Source of the DNA: Gammaproteobacteria bacterium
GTDB lineage: Bacteria; Pseudomonadota; Gammaproteobacteria; GCA-002705445; GCA-002716945
Assembly: GCA_030835925.1 (NCBI GenBank)
Contig: JAURQW010000012.1
Span: 3,500 to 67,499 of the forward strand
Direction of reading: 5' to 3'
DNA: 64,000 nucleotides
In this document: positions 17,616-27,067 of the stretch, one piece after another
How positions within the stretch are numbered: position 1 is the stretch's first letter
Layout of the letters: each line of letters begins with the position of its first letter
Notes under the pieces: generated by a model
Told to the model about the DNA's origin: nothing
Databases searched by the model: none
Seen by the model: the letters and a program-made list of their open reading frames with translations, nothing else
Made by a program: the position numbers and the translations under genes

Positions 17616-18650
17616 ATGAAAATTAATATTAAAAAATACTTAGTTAAAAAAAATACTAAAATCTCTACAGTAATAAAAATGTTGCAAGATAACCCTATTA
17701 AATTGATTGTGGTGGTAACTGACAATGATAAGTTAATTGGGAGCATAACTGATGGAGACCTAAGAAGGGGAATGTTAGATGGGTATAATCTGAAAGATAA
17801 ATGTTCTTTCATAATGAATACGGCACCAAGTTATGCATATGCTAACGATAAAGATAAGATAAATGATATTTTAAATAAAAAAAAGAATATTCCTATTATC
17901 GTGGATAATAAAAATATTGTGATTTCTCTTTATCTTGACGGACTATCATCATCAAAGACAATCAAAACTAATAAAGTAGTGATCATGGCTGGAGGCAGGG
18001 GAGAAAGATTGATGCCTTTAACAAAGGACATCCCCAAGCCTTTGTTAGCAATAAAAGATAAGCCTATTATTAAACATATTATTGAGGCTTTTTTAAAAAA
18101 TGGTTTTGAGGATATCATCATATCTGTTGGTTATAAATCTGAAAAACTTATAGAGTATTTTGAAAAGGATAAATCAATGTCTAAATATGTTACATTTATT
18201 AAAGAGGATAAGCCTCTAAATACCGCAGGTGCTTTATCATTAATACCTAAAAATAAATTAACTGAACCAGTCATTATAAAAAATGGAGATATTATTACGA
18301 ATGTTAACTACAATGATCTTTTAAATTTCCATAATACTCATGATAAACCAATAACAATATGTGCTACGGAATATCAAGTAGCAATACCTTTTGGTTCTAT
18401 AACTACTAAAGATGGTGTTATATCAAATATAGTAGAAAAACCAATTATAAAACACCATGTTAATGCAGGTATATATATAATAAATCCTGAGGCAATAAAA
18501 AAAAATACATCAATTAGTATGATTGACCTTATTAGCGATTATATTAATTCTGGTAATGTAGTCGCTTACCCATTACATGAATCATGGATTGACATTGGTT
18601 CGCCCGAGGACTTTAAAAGAGCGCAAAAAAAAGACTATAACAATGAATAA
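17616..18650 (+). CDS. CBS-pair + sugar-phosphate nucleotidyltransferase (PtmE-like, candidate GlcN-1-P guanylyltransferase)
   Basis: An N-terminal CBS region (VVVTDNDKLIGSITDGDLRR) followed by VVIMAGGRGERLMPLTKDIPKPLL (NTP-transferase G-loop). Confidence 0.75.
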   Translation: MKINIKKYLVKKNTKISTVIKMLQDNPIKLIVVVTDNDKLIGSITDGDLRRGMLDGYNLKDKCSFIMNTAPSYAYANDKDKINDILNKKKNIPIIVDNKNIVISLYLDGLSSSKTIKTNKVVIMAGGRGERLMPLTKDIPKPLLAIKDKPIIKHIIEAFLKNGFEDIIISVGYKSEKLIEYFEKDKSMSKYVTFIKEDKPLNTAGALSLIPKNKLTEPVIIKNGDIITNVNYNDLLNFHNTHDKPITICATEYQVAIPFGSITTKDGVISNIVEKPIIKHHVNAGIYIINPEAIKKNTSISMIDLISDYINSGNVVAYPLHESWIDIGSPEDFKRAQKKDYNNE

Positions 18651-19812
18651 TGTTGTGACATTTGATCTATGTAAAAATATCTTAAGAAATATTAAGAAAT
18701 GTCTGCCAGCTAAAATTTCACAATATTCTGTGCATGAACCCAATTTATCTATTAAGGTGAAAAGAGAACTCAATAACTGCCTAATATCAACTCATATTTC
18801 TTCCTCAGGCAAATATATCGATAAGTTTTCTGAAAGTTTAAAAGATATAATAGGATCAAAATATATATTATTGACAAATAGTGGAACATCGGCTTTGTTT
18901 TGTGCGTTTAATGAATTAGATATAAAAAATCAGGAAGTTATAGTTCCATCGATGACATTTGTGGCTACTCCAAATTCAGTTATACATGCTGGTGGAACAC
19001 CAGTGTTTATTGATTGCTCAAAGTCAAATCTAAATATCGATAAAGATGATTTAGAAAAGTATTTAATTGTCAACTATAAGATCTCTAATGGGGAATGTAA
19101 AAACAAGAAAACAGGTAGAGTATTAAGATGCATAGTTGTGGTTCATACATATGGAGAAGCTGCGAACGTTAACTTAATTTGCAAGCTTGCAAGAAAATAT
19201 AATTTAGAAGTCATTGAAGATGCAGCTGGCGCACTTGGCACCCTCAGATCTAATAAACATGTAGGTACAGTTTCGAGGATGGGAGTAATAAGTTTTAATG
19301 GGAACAAAATAATCACGACTGGTATGGGTGGAGCACTTATTTTCAAGTATAAAAAAGACTACGAGAGCGTTAAACATAAAATATCAACAGCAAGAATTCA
19401 ACATAATTGGAAAGTAGAACATGATATGGTTGGATATAATTTACGTATGGCTAACATTAATGCAGCATTAGGCTATGGGCAGATTATAGATTTTGAAAAA
19501 ATACTTAATAAAAAAAGAGAACTATATCAGAGATATTGCGATATGTTTTCTAATAACAAGTATTGTTATATAAAAAAATCAGATAATACATCTAATAATA
19601 ATTGGGTCACAAATCTATTTCTAAAAGATGAATTTCTTGATGATCATCAGACTTTGATTAAATACTTACAAAATCATAAAATATTTGTTAGAGAATTATG
19701 GAAGCCTATGCACTTATTGCCCATGTTTAAAAAATGTAATCATAGCAGAATAATAAACGCAGTGAAAAGCTGGAAAACAGGCATTAGCTTACCTAGCAGT
19801 TATTATAAATAA
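18643..19812 (+). CDS. DegT/DnrJ/EryC1-family PLP sugar aminotransferase (LegC-like)
   Basis: LTNSGTSAL, IEDAAGALG and SFNGNKIITTGMGGAL (PLP-Lys region). ATG 18643 overlaps the upstream stop. Confidence 0.8.
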   Translation: MNNVVTFDLCKNILRNIKKCLPAKISQYSVHEPNLSIKVKRELNNCLISTHISSSGKYIDKFSESLKDIIGSKYILLTNSGTSALFCAFNELDIKNQEVIVPSMTFVATPNSVIHAGGTPVFIDCSKSNLNIDKDDLEKYLIVNYKISNGECKNKKTGRVLRCIVVVHTYGEAANVNLICKLARKYNLEVIEDAAGALGTLRSNKHVGTVSRMGVISFNGNKIITTGMGGALIFKYKKDYESVKHKISTARIQHNWKVEHDMVGYNLRMANINAALGYGQIIDFEKILNKKRELYQRYCDMFSNNKYCYIKKSDNTSNNNWVTNLFLKDEFLDDHQTLIKYLQNHKIFVRELWKPMHLLPMFKKCNHSRIINAVKSWKTGISLPSSYYK

Positions 19813-20963
19813 TGAATAAACGAAAGATCTGTATTGTTTCATCCAGCAGAGCTGATTATAATCACTTATTTTTATTAATGCAGGCATTAAAAAAATCAAA
19901 AGAAGTTGAATTAAAGTTAATAGTAACTGGCATGCATCTCTTAAAAGAATTTGGAAGTACTTATAAAGAAATAATGAATGATGGTTTTCATATAGATGCT
20001 TTTATTAAAAACCAATGTAGTAAAAATACGAGTAATGCATCATTGAAAATAATATCTGATCAGTTTAAAAATGCAGGTGAAGTATTAGATAAGATGAAAC
20101 CTGATATTATTATTATTCTTGGCGATCGTTATGATATTTTACCCATAGCTCTGTGTTGTCATATAAAAAATATACCGATAGCTCATTTCCATGGTGGAGA
20201 GATTACTTATGGGGCCATAGACGACGCCATAAGACACTCAATTACTAAGTTATCCGATATACATTTTGTCGCCAATATAGATTTTAAAAAAAGAGTTCAA
20301 CAATTAGGTGAAAATCCAAAAAATATATATAATGTTGGGTCTCTTGGCGTTTTGGCAATTAAATCAACTAAAATAATGGCTAAAACAAGTATTTTGCAGA
20401 AATATAATATTACAGGTAGATATATATTGGTTGCGTTGCACCCAGAAACCATTGAAGCTGATAACGACCTAATTATAAAATCCCTTTTCGATGTACTGAA
20501 ACATCAAAAAAATATACATACTGTATTTACCGCTCCTAATTCTGATCCGGGTAATGCAAAAATACTATATAATATTGATAAGTTCAGGAAACTATTTGCA
20601 GACAGATCATCCTTCGTCGCATCAGCAGGAAGAGAAGATTTTATCAATCTAATAAGATACGCTGAATTAATAGTAGGTAATTCTTCATCATGCATAGTTG
20701 AGGCGCCAGCGATAGGTACAAAATCTTTAGTTATAGGTAAAAGACAGAGCGGCAGACCTTTAGTCTCTTCTGTCAGTAAAACAGGGTTGTCTTATACAGC
20801 TATTAATAATAAATTAAAGAAACTGTTAAACCAAAAACATAAGCTTAATCCGAATAATAAACTAGCATATAAGTCATCTACTTCTCTATCAAAGATAATC
20901 AAAATACTATCTACAATATCACTAGATAATATAAAACTTAAAAAATTTATTGATTACAAATGA
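19812..20963 (+). CDS. neuC: Hydrolysing NDP-HexNAc 2-epimerase (NeuC/LegG family)
   Basis: KICIVSSSRADYNHL, ILGDRYD and HFHGGE motifs of hydrolysing UDP-GlcNAc 2-epimerases. Confidence 0.85.
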   Translation: MNKRKICIVSSSRADYNHLFLLMQALKKSKEVELKLIVTGMHLLKEFGSTYKEIMNDGFHIDAFIKNQCSKNTSNASLKIISDQFKNAGEVLDKMKPDIIIILGDRYDILPIALCCHIKNIPIAHFHGGEITYGAIDDAIRHSITKLSDIHFVANIDFKKRVQQLGENPKNIYNVGSLGVLAIKSTKIMAKTSILQKYNITGRYILVALHPETIEADNDLIIKSLFDVLKHQKNIHTVFTAPNSDPGNAKILYNIDKFRKLFADRSSFVASAGREDFINLIRYAELIVGNSSSCIVEAPAIGTKSLVIGKRQSGRPLVSSVSKTGLSYTAINNKLKKLLNQKHKLNPNNKLAYKSSTSLSKIIKILSTISLDNIKLKKFIDYK

Positions 20964-22066
20964 TTGCTAAAAAGAATATTCATGTAATTGCTGAGATTGG
21001 AGTCAATCATAATGGCGATATAAAACTAGCAAAAAGACTTATGTTAGCCTCTAAAAGAGCTGGGGCAGATTCAGTTAAATTTCAAACTTATGATGCGGAT
21101 GAGATTGTTATAAAGGGTGCACAAAAAGCTAATTATCAAATAGTTAATACCAAAAACTTTGAGTCGCAGTATGATATGCTGAAAAGATACGAATTTAGTC
21201 ACAAAGACTATTTGTCGCTCATAAATTATTCAAAAAAAATCAATATACCTCTATTCTCTACAGCAGCTGGTATCAAGAGTTTAAACTATTTAACGAAAAA
21301 GCTAAAATTAAAGACAATCAAGATAGGTTCTTCAGATTTAACCAATATCCCACTACTTCTAAGGGCTGGCGCATCAAAGAAAAATATTATAATTTCATCC
21401 GGTATGGGTGACCTAGGAGAAATTGATATTGCTTTATCTGCATTATCATATGGGTATGATAATAAAAATAAAAATAAGTTGTCTGGCTTTGATATCACAA
21501 AACATAATAGGCTTTATAAAAAATATCATTCTTATTTAGATAATAAGATCACTTTGCTTCATTGTACGACAGAATACCCAGCCCCTTTAAATGAATTAAA
21601 CATTAATATAATCGATATACTAAAGCAGAGATACAAAATTTCTATTGGTTATTCAGACCATTCAAACAACCCATTGACCCCTATTATAGCTTCATCTAAA
21701 AATATTAGCGTAATAGAAGTTCATGTAACCCTAGATAAATCATTATCTGGGCCAGACCATCTATGTTCATTAAACCCTCAAGAGTTTCAGGACTACATCA
21801 AGAATATTAGAAAAACAGAGATGATTTTAGGATCAGAGATTAAGAAACCAACTAAGTCTGAGATAAAAAATAAAAAAAACGTAAGAAAAAGTTTAATTGC
21901 CAAAAAAGATATCAGCAAAGGTGAGGCTATTTCAGAAGATAATATGACTGTTAAACGACCTGGCAAAGGCATCCCATCGATATTTTATAATGATTATCTT
22001 GGAAAAGTTGTTAACAAGAACATTAAAGCTAATAAATTTATTAAAAAAAATGATATCAAATCTTAA
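20960..22066 (+). CDS. neuB: Nonulosonic (sialic/legionaminic) acid synthase with C-terminal SAF domain (NeuB/LegI family)
   Basis: VIAEIGVNHNGDIKLAKRL..ADSVKFQTY and a C-terminal SAF-like tail (SLIAKKDISKGEAISEDNMTVKRPGKGI). Confidence 0.85.
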   Translation: MIAKKNIHVIAEIGVNHNGDIKLAKRLMLASKRAGADSVKFQTYDADEIVIKGAQKANYQIVNTKNFESQYDMLKRYEFSHKDYLSLINYSKKINIPLFSTAAGIKSLNYLTKKLKLKTIKIGSSDLTNIPLLLRAGASKKNIIISSGMGDLGEIDIALSALSYGYDNKNKNKLSGFDITKHNRLYKKYHSYLDNKITLLHCTTEYPAPLNELNINIIDILKQRYKISIGYSDHSNNPLTPIIASSKNISVIEVHVTLDKSLSGPDHLCSLNPQEFQDYIKNIRKTEMILGSEIKKPTKSEIKNKKNVRKSLIAKKDISKGEAISEDNMTVKRPGKGIPSIFYNDYLGKVVNKNIKANKFIKKNDIKS

Positions 22067-22263
22067 TACAGCATCTTGTGAAAATATCTATTCATAATAA
22101 AGCTGTATTATTAAGGCTTACAAAGGATATGCTATTATCCGATATTCTGATTCCTGTAGAACCAAATATTATTATGTACTATGACGTACTTTTGGATCGA
22201 AATAAACTAGTTGATGGATCAACAATGACTGATATACTTAACTAACTATGGATTATTCGTGAT

Positions 22264-23304
22264 ATGAAAGAAGATATAGACATAAATTACTTTATAAAAT
22301 TATTTTTAGAAGAAAAGAAGAAAATTTTTATCATTATTGCTGTTGCCATAACAATATCTGTTGTCTATGCATTAACTGCTACGAAATATTATAAGGCATA
22401 TGCTTATATTCTTCCGCCTCAAACAAAGTATGTTCAAGCTCTTAATGTTGTTGATGCTGATGGTGATCTGATTAGCCAAGAACAGCCGCTCAAACCAGAT
22501 GATATTTATACTTCCTTCATAAGGAATGTCCAGTCAAGAAAATTTCAAAGAGAATATTTCTTTGATAAAGCAGTAAAGCTATTTGATGAGTCTGACAAGG
22601 ATCTTTCTTTTGAAAATAACTTTCACAAGAACTTATCTTTTAAACTTTCGTCACAAACAACATCAAGAGATATAAGATCACAATCATTTTTAACAATAAC
22701 ATATATACATACAGATCCACAAAGAGCTGCATCGATACTTAACGAGTATATCGATATGGTAAATCGTAAAACAGGAGAAGATTTTACAGAGGGCGTTAAT
22801 CAACTAATACGTACTTCTAGAAATTCTTTGATTGCAGAAATTGATGGCAAGCGTCTTCTTGCTAAAAAAATAACACAAGATAGGATAAAGAGACTAGAAG
22901 AGGCGTTCTCGATAGCAACAAAACTAAACATAGTTGATAGAGTTACTGATTCAACTCATTCTCAAAATGTTATATTGAGTGCTGATAAAAATATTGCATC
23001 AGATACACCCCTTTACCTATATGGAACTAAATCATTACGTGCAGAAATTGATGTTCTAAGTAGTCGAGAGTCATTTGAAGCATTTATTCCTGGCTTAAGG
23101 GCTTTAGAGCAAAAAGCTGAGGGATTAAAAAACATTCGTGTTAATTCGTCTGATGTTAAATCAGCACAAATCGATCAACCTGCGAACCCCCCAACAATGA
23201 GATTTACTCCTAAAAGAAAGATTATTGTACTAATGGGAGGCATACTTGGTATATTTATCTCATTCTTATACTTGCTGAGCTTGATGATAGTGAGAAGAAA
23301 ATAA
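22264..23304 (+). CDS. wzz: Polysaccharide co-polymerase / O-antigen chain-length determinant (Wzz family)
   Basis: TM helices at both ends (IFIIIAVAITISVVYAL; IIVLMGGILGIFISFLYLLSLMIV), a long periplasmic middle, and a Pro-rich PANPP segment before TM2. Confidence 0.75.
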   Translation: MKEDIDINYFIKLFLEEKKKIFIIIAVAITISVVYALTATKYYKAYAYILPPQTKYVQALNVVDADGDLISQEQPLKPDDIYTSFIRNVQSRKFQREYFFDKAVKLFDESDKDLSFENNFHKNLSFKLSSQTTSRDIRSQSFLTITYIHTDPQRAASILNEYIDMVNRKTGEDFTEGVNQLIRTSRNSLIAEIDGKRLLAKKITQDRIKRLEEAFSIATKLNIVDRVTDSTHSQNVILSADKNIASDTPLYLYGTKSLRAEIDVLSSRESFEAFIPGLRALEQKAEGLKNIRVNSSDVKSAQIDQPANPPTMRFTPKRKIIVLMGGILGIFISFLYLLSLMIVRRK

Positions 23305-23336
23305 ATAAAAATCATATTTAGCACCTCTAGATATAA

Positions 23337-24065
23337 ATGTATAAATTTTTAAAAAAATCTTCTAAGAATCTATTAGGCGAAATATATTATTATCTTATTA
23401 AAAAATATCATGAAAAAGGCAATAGGTCTCTGATATATCATGCCTTTGGCTCAGATTTAAAACATGATACATATGGTATAAGTATTGATATAAATAGATT
23501 TAGGGAGCATATGAAATTTGTAATTAATAATTATGAGATCACTCATATCAACAACCTTGATTCTAGTGAAATTAATGTTTCAGTGACAATTGATGATGGG
23601 TACAAAGATACGTTAAACGCAATAGATATTTTGATAAAAAAGAATATACCTTTCACATTATATATAAGTCCTGAAAACTTAGACAAAACAGATTATCTAT
23701 CCTCAAAAGATGTCAAGGACATATCCCTGATAAATATGTGTATAATTGGCACACATGGTTATAGCCATAAAAAATTATCAACTCTTGATAAGGCGCAGCA
23801 GCATACTGAATTACAAAAAAGCAAAATTGTTCTAGAAGAACTAATTGGTAAAGAAGTGAATACTTTATCATATCCCCATGGATCATTTAATCAAGATACA
23901 ATATCAATTGCTAAAGAACTAGGCTATAAGTCTGCAGCATCAAGTATCAAAGGTTTCAATAATATAAAGACAGACCCGTTTAAAATGAGAAGGATTGAAG
24001 TGATAGCCTCTGATAAATTAAGAGAGTTGACAAAGAAAATTAAAGGATACTATGACTTCTATTAG
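23337..24065 (+). CDS. Polysaccharide deacetylase (NodB-homology/CE4-like)
   Basis: VTIDDGYKDT (TFDDG-like), GTHGYSHKKL (H-x-x-x-H) and LSYPHGS. Confidence 0.7.
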   Translation: MYKFLKKSSKNLLGEIYYYLIKKYHEKGNRSLIYHAFGSDLKHDTYGISIDINRFREHMKFVINNYEITHINNLDSSEINVSVTIDDGYKDTLNAIDILIKKNIPFTLYISPENLDKTDYLSSKDVKDISLINMCIIGTHGYSHKKLSTLDKAQQHTELQKSKIVLEELIGKEVNTLSYPHGSFNQDTISIAKELGYKSAASSIKGFNNIKTDPFKMRRIEVIASDKLRELTKKIKGYYDFY

Positions 24066-25359
24066 TATAAATTATTATACTTTACTCAAGGCTAGCATGC
24101 TTTTCCTCCTTATAGGAAATCTTGCCAGAAGTATATCTCCCGTTATTGCAGCTCTTTTTGAGTTTTCTCTGATAGCACTAATGTTATTTTTCACAATTAT
24201 TTATTTAGCACAGACAAAAACAACTTTTTCAAATAATGAACTGATATATTACTCATTCTTGTTATATCTTATTTTACACTTGGTTGCCGCATCTATATTT
24301 AGACCTATAGAACTCCAGCTATCATTTTATGATATCTTTTATTATAATTTATCTGAGTTTAGATTATCAACATTAGGGTATCTATTACCGTTAATATTTA
24401 TCCCCATATATTATAAAAATAAAATTAACTTTGAAATCTTTTTGGTTGGACTAATAAAATTTGCTATATTATATACAATTTTTGAACAAGTCTTTTCTCT
24501 TCTTGGATTCAGATATTTATTTGAGATTGGTTATGCTAATTCTGGCGTTGTATCAGATAACTTGATTGGTCTTAAGAGCTTGGGCATGTATAGAGTCTGG
24601 GGTTTAATAGGCTCGCCGCAATTGCTGGGTATTTTTCATGTTATTACATTAGTTTATCTTTTAGATAAAAAAGAAAAATTTTGGTCAATTCTATGCATTA
24701 TCGCAATAATTGCTAGCACGTCCAAAAGCGCGTATATTATTTTACTTTTTTATGCATTTATTTATATGATTCAAAAAAAACATTTTCTAACACTTATGTT
24801 TTCTCTAATATTAATGATTATTATTTCTGTCGCTACTATATCTTTTTATTCGTACATTATGGATTTGCATCTTGAAAGTGATTATCCAAATTTTACGAAA
24901 TTTATAGGATCGATATATGGTTACTTTATACTTTTAACAAGTGTAGCTGAAGTAAGTGCCGCAGAAAGATTTATAACCGGTGGAGCACTGAATGACTTTT
25001 TATTATATTTTTCAGCTAATCCGGAAAATATTCTAGCTGGCAAAGGAATAACGTATTCGATATTTCTGGATACATCATCGATAATATATTCTAATTATTT
25101 TTACTTAACTTCAGATTACTATTTTTTAACTTTTGTGGAGCAATATGGCTTAATTGGTTTTATTTTTGCATTATTTATATTTCTAATCTATCCATTTGCA
25201 AAGATATTGACAACTGATAAATTGTATTATGCAGTTCCAATAATATTTTTTTTATCTATGATGCATTATCCGCCAAATATATCTAAATTATTTATGGTGT
25301 TTATGGCTTATTCTTTATATAAAGTATATTTATCGGAGGATCATGTGGATGAAAAATAA
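24052..25359 (+). CDS. O-antigen polymerase (Wzy)-like polytopic membrane protein
   Basis: 435 aa and about 10 or more hydrophobic helices, adjacent to wzz. There is no catalytic motif I can verify. Confidence 0.55.
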   Translation: MTSISINYYTLLKASMLFLLIGNLARSISPVIAALFEFSLIALMLFFTIIYLAQTKTTFSNNELIYYSFLLYLILHLVAASIFRPIELQLSFYDIFYYNLSEFRLSTLGYLLPLIFIPIYYKNKINFEIFLVGLIKFAILYTIFEQVFSLLGFRYLFEIGYANSGVVSDNLIGLKSLGMYRVWGLIGSPQLLGIFHVITLVYLLDKKEKFWSILCIIAIIASTSKSAYIILLFYAFIYMIQKKHFLTLMFSLILMIIISVATISFYSYIMDLHLESDYPNFTKFIGSIYGYFILLTSVAEVSAAERFITGGALNDFLLYFSANPENILAGKGITYSIFLDTSSIIYSNYFYLTSDYYFLTFVEQYGLIGFIFALFIFLIYPFAKILTTDKLYYAVPIIFFLSMMHYPPNISKLFMVFMAYSLYKVYLSEDHVDEK

Positions 25360-26038
25360 AATACCAGCAGCTATTATATTATGCGGCGGGAAAGGAATGC
25401 GGCTAAGACCTCTAACGAATGATAAACCAAAGCCTTTAATAGCCATTGATGGTCATCCAATTTTATATCATGTGATTAATCATTTAATAAAGTCAGGCAT
25501 TAAAAAGTTTTATATTGCTACAGGATACAAGTCTATTAAGATTGAAGAATTTATGAGGAAATCGTTCAAAAAAATTGATTATACAGTAATAAACTCGGGC
25601 GATGTAGACATATTATATAGAATAAAAGATTGTATGAAATCTCTGAATGATGATTTTATATTATGTTATGGTGATACTATTTCAAACGTAAATATTAAAA
25701 AGTTAATAAAATATCATAATGAAAAACCCAACTCTGTAACAGTCACCTCATATCCTGTTTCAATACCTTTTGGGTTGCTAGAGGTTAATAGCGAGGGTTT
25801 AGTTAGATCTTTTAAAGAAAAACCAATCCTAAACGATTCTATAAATATAGGATACTTTTATTTTAATCACTCGATGAGACATCTACTAAACAGAAAAAAG
25901 AAATTGATTTCTGTTATAAATCAATTAGTTGAAGATGGTCAACTAAGAGCATATAAGCATAAAGGAATACATATAACTATTAATACATTGGCTGAACTTG
26001 ATCATGCAAAACAAAATATCTCAAAAATATATAAATAA
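25343..26038 (+). CDS. Sugar-phosphate nucleotidyl(cytidylyl)transferase, RfbF-like but shorter
   Basis: AAIILCGGKGMRLRPLTNDKPKPLI G-loop; 231 aa. An alternative ATG lies at 25349. Confidence 0.7.
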   Translation: MWMKNKIPAAIILCGGKGMRLRPLTNDKPKPLIAIDGHPILYHVINHLIKSGIKKFYIATGYKSIKIEEFMRKSFKKIDYTVINSGDVDILYRIKDCMKSLNDDFILCYGDTISNVNIKKLIKYHNEKPNSVTVTSYPVSIPFGLLEVNSEGLVRSFKEKPILNDSINIGYFYFNHSMRHLLNRKKKLISVINQLVEDGQLRAYKHKGIHITINTLAELDHAKQNISKIYK

Positions 26039-27056
26039 AAAATTTTGGAGAAAAAAAACTGTTCTTATAACAGGAGTAAATGGTTTCATTGGTGGAAACC
26101 TTGTGAAATTACTAATTTCGCTTGGTGCTAATGTGATAGGTATTAGTAACGATAGAAAAAAGGATAGATTCTTAAAATATGAGGGACTGTTGAATAAAAT
26201 TAAATATTATAAGGCCGATATATCTAATTATAATCAAATTAAAAAAATTGTATCAGAGAATAATATAAGCATTTGTTTCCACCTTGCCGCACAAGTTGAT
26301 GTTAATATAGCTAAAAATGAACCTTTTCATACATTTGAATCAAATATAAGAGGCACATATAATTTACTAGAAGTATTGCGGACGTCAAAGAAAATCAAAT
26401 CAATAATTGTTGCGTCATCTGATAAAGCATATGGGGAGTATGAACTTAACAAATTACCATATGAAGAAACCTATGATCTTAGACCTAGATTTCCCTATGA
26501 TGTCTCAAAAGCTTGCGCAGATTTAATAACCAAGTCTTATTCTACATCTCTTTTTAATTTACCTGTGATTACCACTAGATTTTCGAATATCTATGGACCA
26601 GGACAATTAAATTTTACCGCATTAATTCCTGATTGTATGTTAGCGAATTTTGGTTATAGAAAATTCATACCAAGAGGCAATGGAAGAAATAAAAGAGATT
26701 TTTTATATGTTGAAGATGTTTGTGATTTATATTTATGCCTTGGTTATTATCTATATAATGATAATAAACTTTCGGGTGAAATCTTTAATGCTGGTACTGG
26801 TAGAGGTTTTAGGGTTGATGAAATTGTCAACGATATATGTATGCTGGACAATAATAAAGATTTATATTGCTCAATTAAAAAATCATATGTTGGCAAAAAA
26901 CTCACTGGAGAGATTCAACATCAGTTCATGTCATATGTTAAACTAAATAAAATGTTTGGATGGAAACCCCATACAGAAATAAAAGAAGGATTAAGAAGTA
27001 CATATAAATGGTACAATGGGTTTTTAAAAAAATATAACTATAAAGATTTCTTATAA
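26004..27056 (+). CDS. NAD-dependent NDP-sugar dehydratase/epimerase (extended SDR)
   Basis: VLITGVNGFIGGNL and YDVSKACAD (YxxxK). Paired with the upstream nucleotidyltransferase. Confidence 0.7.
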   Translation: MQNKISQKYINKKFWRKKTVLITGVNGFIGGNLVKLLISLGANVIGISNDRKKDRFLKYEGLLNKIKYYKADISNYNQIKKIVSENNISICFHLAAQVDVNIAKNEPFHTFESNIRGTYNLLEVLRTSKKIKSIIVASSDKAYGEYELNKLPYEETYDLRPRFPYDVSKACADLITKSYSTSLFNLPVITTRFSNIYGPGQLNFTALIPDCMLANFGYRKFIPRGNGRNKRDFLYVEDVCDLYLCLGYYLYNDNKLSGEIFNAGTGRGFRVDEIVNDICMLDNNKDLYCSIKKSYVGKKLTGEIQHQFMSYVKLNKMFGWKPHTEIKEGLRSTYKWYNGFLKKYNYKDFL

Positions 27057-27067
27057 GAGTTAAAAAA

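Noticed and set aside
22129-22245. 38-codon ORF (MLLSDILIPVEPNIIMYYDVLLDRNKLVDGSTMTDILN) in the 197-bp spacer
   Set aside because: It has no motif and no obvious ribosome-binding site. It could be a gene remnant, but I cannot support that.
26650-26946. 98-aa plus-strand ORF in an alternative frame
   Set aside because: It lies wholly inside the SDR gene 26004-27056, whose frame carries the YxxxK and NAD motifs.
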